Assembly (NCBI GenBank): GCA_015522845.1
Contig: WALL01000021.1
Coordinates: 1-46,666 of the forward strand
Reading direction: 5' to 3'
Source of the DNA: Nanobdellati archaeon
Lineage (GTDB): Archaea; B1Sed10-29; WALL01
DNA: 46,666 bases
Under the pieces are notes generated by a model, which saw only the letters and a list, made by a program, of their open reading frames with translations, ran no database searches and was not told where the DNA came from. This document shows, piece by piece, positions 44,311-46,666 of the stretch; position 1 is the first letter of the stretch, and each line of letters opens with the position of its first letter. The position numbers and the translations under genes were made by a program.

Positions 44311-44540
44311 TAAAGCCCTTCCAAAAAGGCAATGGCCTCCTTCTTTCCCATGGCTTTCGCCTCCCTGTCCATTTCAGCCTCTATCTGCTCATACCTCGCA
44401 ATCCTCTTTGCCATCACTTTCTTCCGTATCTCGTCCAGTATGAATTCCTGTATGTTTTTGTAACCGTACTCTTCAGAATAGTCTTTAGATGCTTTGAACA
44501 GGTTCGCGGGCATCGTCACGCTTATTTGCTTCAAACTCAT
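44310..44540 (-). CDS. Ribbon-helix-helix antitoxin
   Basis: KQISVTMP..L......YGY.NIQEFI.D.IR RHH pattern. Its stop overlaps the toxin start. Alternative start at GTG 44552. Confidence 0.8.
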   Translation of the reverse strand: MSLKQISVTMPANLFKASKDYSEEYGYKNIQEFILDEIRKKVMAKRIARYEQIEAEMDREAKAMGKKEAIAFLEGL

Positions 44541-44609
44541 TGAATTCACCAACGTATTTATGCGTACGTCTAAGTATTTAAAGTTATTTGCTTTTTACGT
44601 AGCGGCACA

Positions 44610-44722
44610 GCTGGTTTCCCGGCGCCACCGCCACACGGGCATTAAAGCCGCTGAGCTACTTATAAGGGCTCAGCAGCTACTCCTACGCCACACAACAGGC
44701 GTTCCACGGTGCCGAAACCAGC
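44610..44722. other. Long branched palindromic element upstream of the TA operon
   Basis: Outer stem GCTGGTTTC/GAAACCAGC, then CGGCGCC/GGTGCCG, apical GCTGAGC/GCTCAGC and side arm ACGCC/GGCGT. Confidence 0.6.
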
Positions 44723-44916
44723 CTCCTGTACGGTTCTTAGGATGGCGATGTTTTTAATGGTCTCCATCAGCAACTGTTATCCTTCTTTCCCGAATAGTTC
44801 CATATGGAACGCCAAGTGGAATATCAAGAAACAAGGCGGGGGGATAAGAGCGGATTGATGAGGTGTTCTTATTTGGTTTCCTCTCAGATAAGTGATGGTG
44901 CCCCGGAGGCATAACC

Positions 44917-46158
44917 TCACTGGAGTTTATTGAAAAGAGGGTATAAATCAAACGATGCCCCCGTTTTCAACTTGAGGAATTCCTTTCTCCGGATTGCCTT
45001 GGTGGCATAACTCTCACAAATATCCAAGAACTCTTTTGCCCTTTCCCCAGAGATGGAGCCGGTTCCATGTGCAAATATCGAGTCGTTCCTCAAGCTCATG
45101 CTGCTCTCCAATTCCAGATCGTTCAGCATTTCCTCGGATAAGCGGTTTCCCAGTTCCTGCAAGAGGTATAATTTGCGTCTATATCCCAATCGTAGAGGCA
45201 GCTCAAGGCGATTTTCCAGTTTAAACTCATCGACCACTTTTTGGGTATCCTCTGTCACATCAGCCAATCGCAAGCCATTATGCTCGTCATATATCCCATA
45301 GTTGGACAAAAGTAGCTGGGCAATCATCTCCATAGCCCGATATGTGGTTGCAACGGCCGCATTGTAACGACCCTGTTTAATCCGGCGACTTGAGTTGTTT
45401 ATCAGGTCTGGCAACAACATACGCAGCTGCCCCGGGTAATCTTTTCCCTTCTTCAGTTTTGCAAGGTTCTGGAGATACGACCAATTCTCTTTGCTTAAGA
45501 GCGCGCCATCCCCATTTTTGATGGCCGAGCCATGGTTGAAGTTGTCCCATTCGTAAAATAAGTCCAATGTGTCTATTATACTGCCCTTATTCATGTTTGT
45601 AAGAAGCTTTTCCGCCCTTTTTTTTGCCGCGGAAAAGTAGTAGAGTTCCGAAAATTTCCTAATCATATACTCGTTTATCCTGTCCGAAGAGGTGTGGTTC
45701 TCAAATGCCATTATCTTTTCCGTATTGTCAATTGGCTTCCCCTTTTTGCCCCTATCCGGGACAATATACTCCAAGGTTATGTCCCTGCCATCAACAGCCA
45801 CCAACTCCGCCGCCGCGACAATCGCGGAAACGATGGGCTTTGTGCCGCCCGTGAAATTCAGTGTAATCATGTCCTCCGGCGGAATCCCCTTAAGGAATTC
45901 AAATACGGTCGTCTCTATGTCGGGCAAGTTTGTTGGCGATTGAAGCTTAAGAGGCAGGTGCGCGATTCCCGCGGCGGATAGCTCCTCGGAAAAACGCAGA
46001 TAAAGGTGTTCTGATGCATCAGTATGTATAAAAACCACCGTGGAGCTTTTCTTGCGCCCGTTTGTCTTCTTGGTTATATCATTGCTCACAAACCGTATCA
46101 GACCGGACTTTCCTGCCGCCTCCCAGTTTCCCAAAGAGTAAACGACCCACAGTCCCAT
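44917..46158 (-). CDS. CRISPR-associated CARF-HEPN effector (TIGR02710/Csm6-like)
   Basis: CARF motif LNFTGGTK, YEWDNFNH, NSSRR..QGRYNAAV..YRAME, and HEPN RNDSIFAHG. Divergent from cas6. Confidence 0.85.
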   Translation of the reverse strand: MGLWVVYSLGNWEAAGKSGLIRFVSNDITKKTNGRKKSSTVVFIHTDASEHLYLRFSEELSAAGIAHLPLKLQSPTNLPDIETTVFEFLKGIPPEDMITLNFTGGTKPIVSAIVAAAELVAVDGRDITLEYIVPDRGKKGKPIDNTEKIMAFENHTSSDRINEYMIRKFSELYYFSAAKKRAEKLLTNMNKGSIIDTLDLFYEWDNFNHGSAIKNGDGALLSKENWSYLQNLAKLKKGKDYPGQLRMLLPDLINNSSRRIKQGRYNAAVATTYRAMEMIAQLLLSNYGIYDEHNGLRLADVTEDTQKVVDEFKLENRLELPLRLGYRRKLYLLQELGNRLSEEMLNDLELESSMSLRNDSIFAHGTGSISGERAKEFLDICESYATKAIRRKEFLKLKTGASFDLYPLFNKLQ

Positions 46159-46159
46159 G

Positions 46160-46190
46160 ATGTTATTAATAAGTTCCAGCTTAATAACAT
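46160..46190. promoter_or_regulatory. Inverted repeat / bidirectional promoter between the CARF gene and cas6
   Basis: ATGTTATTAA-N11-TTAATAACAT occupies almost the whole 36-bp gap between two divergent ATGs. Confidence 0.65.
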
Positions 46191-46194
46191 TATC

Positions 46195-46666
46195 ATGCGC
46201 TTAAAGATTGTGTTACGCGCCTTGAACGAGGGCACCGTCCCCTACAATAAAAAGCGTGCGCTAAATGCGTGGATATACAACATGATAAAATCCGCTGAAG
46301 TTGAATTGGCGGAAAAAATGCACGACAGCAGGCAGATAAAATTCTTCACATTCAGTGATGTCTTTCTCCAAAAGCCCTATTCGCTAACTAATGACGGGAT
46401 AGCGGTGAGGAAATGGAGTCATCTAACCGTGGTGTTTTCGGCGTGGGATGACAATCTGCCAAAAGCCATATCAAAAGCGATGATAAAAATAGCCAACAAG
46501 AACCTGCGGCAACTGGTATTGGGCACTGTGACATATGACATATTGTTCATAGAGGGGATTGCTGAACCAGAAATAACGGAAGAAATGGAATTTGGGCCGG
46601 TCTCGCCAATATCCGTATCCACAGAAAAGAATGAAAAGATTGTGAGTGTTGAGCCTGTCTCTTATA
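46195..46666 (+). CDS. cas6: CRISPR-associated endoribonuclease Cas6 (3'-truncated by window)
   Basis: MRLKIVL...VPYN...L.AWIYNMI......AEKMHD...KFFTFS...SPISVS N-terminal signature. Not in the ORF track because no stop falls inside the window. Confidence 0.88.
   Translation, partial: MRLKIVLRALNEGTVPYNKKRALNAWIYNMIKSAEVELAEKMHDSRQIKFFTFSDVFLQKPYSLTNDGIAVRKWSHLTVVFSAWDDNLPKAISKAMIKIANKNLRQLVLGTVTYDILFIEGIAEPEITEEMEFGPVSPISVSTEKNEKIVSVEPVSY

Overview
Archaeal chromosomal segment. Evidence: TATA-box leaderless promoters, an intron-containing tRNA, thermosome, cupin-type GPI and phosphopantothenate synthetase. The compact gene packing and many orphans suggest a fairly metabolically capable DPANN-type lineage, but that is inference. 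Most of the window is housekeeping: UDG, Hsp20, ribH, PPS, ThiI-like, cysteine synthase, cysS, RidA, ion antiporters, thermosome, acsA, TtuA, a PriS-like AEP, tRNA-Leu(CAA, intron) and tRNA-Cys(GCA). It ends in a defence region with a RelE-type toxin-antitoxin pair, a CARF-HEPN (TIGR02710-like) gene and a partial cas6. The top observation is a leaderless poly-Cys leader peptide (MRKMACCCCC) followed by mutually exclusive 1:2 / 2:3 / 3:4 RNA pairings that sequester the ribosome-binding site of cysteine synthase. This is an apparent ribosome-mediated, cysteine-sensing attenuator in an archaeon, with tRNA-Cys directly downstream. Other notable items: a padR-tes (tetraether synthase) operon with a palindromic operator; a NUDIX + SAH-hydrolase-like fusion; unannotated small repeat proteins (a KKKxx histone-like protein and (YYYKEGEKKA)x3); a 1307-aa GNAT/hypervariable-repeat protein; and several palindromic insertions associated with sequence duplications. 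All calls come from motif recognition by eye; no database searches were run.
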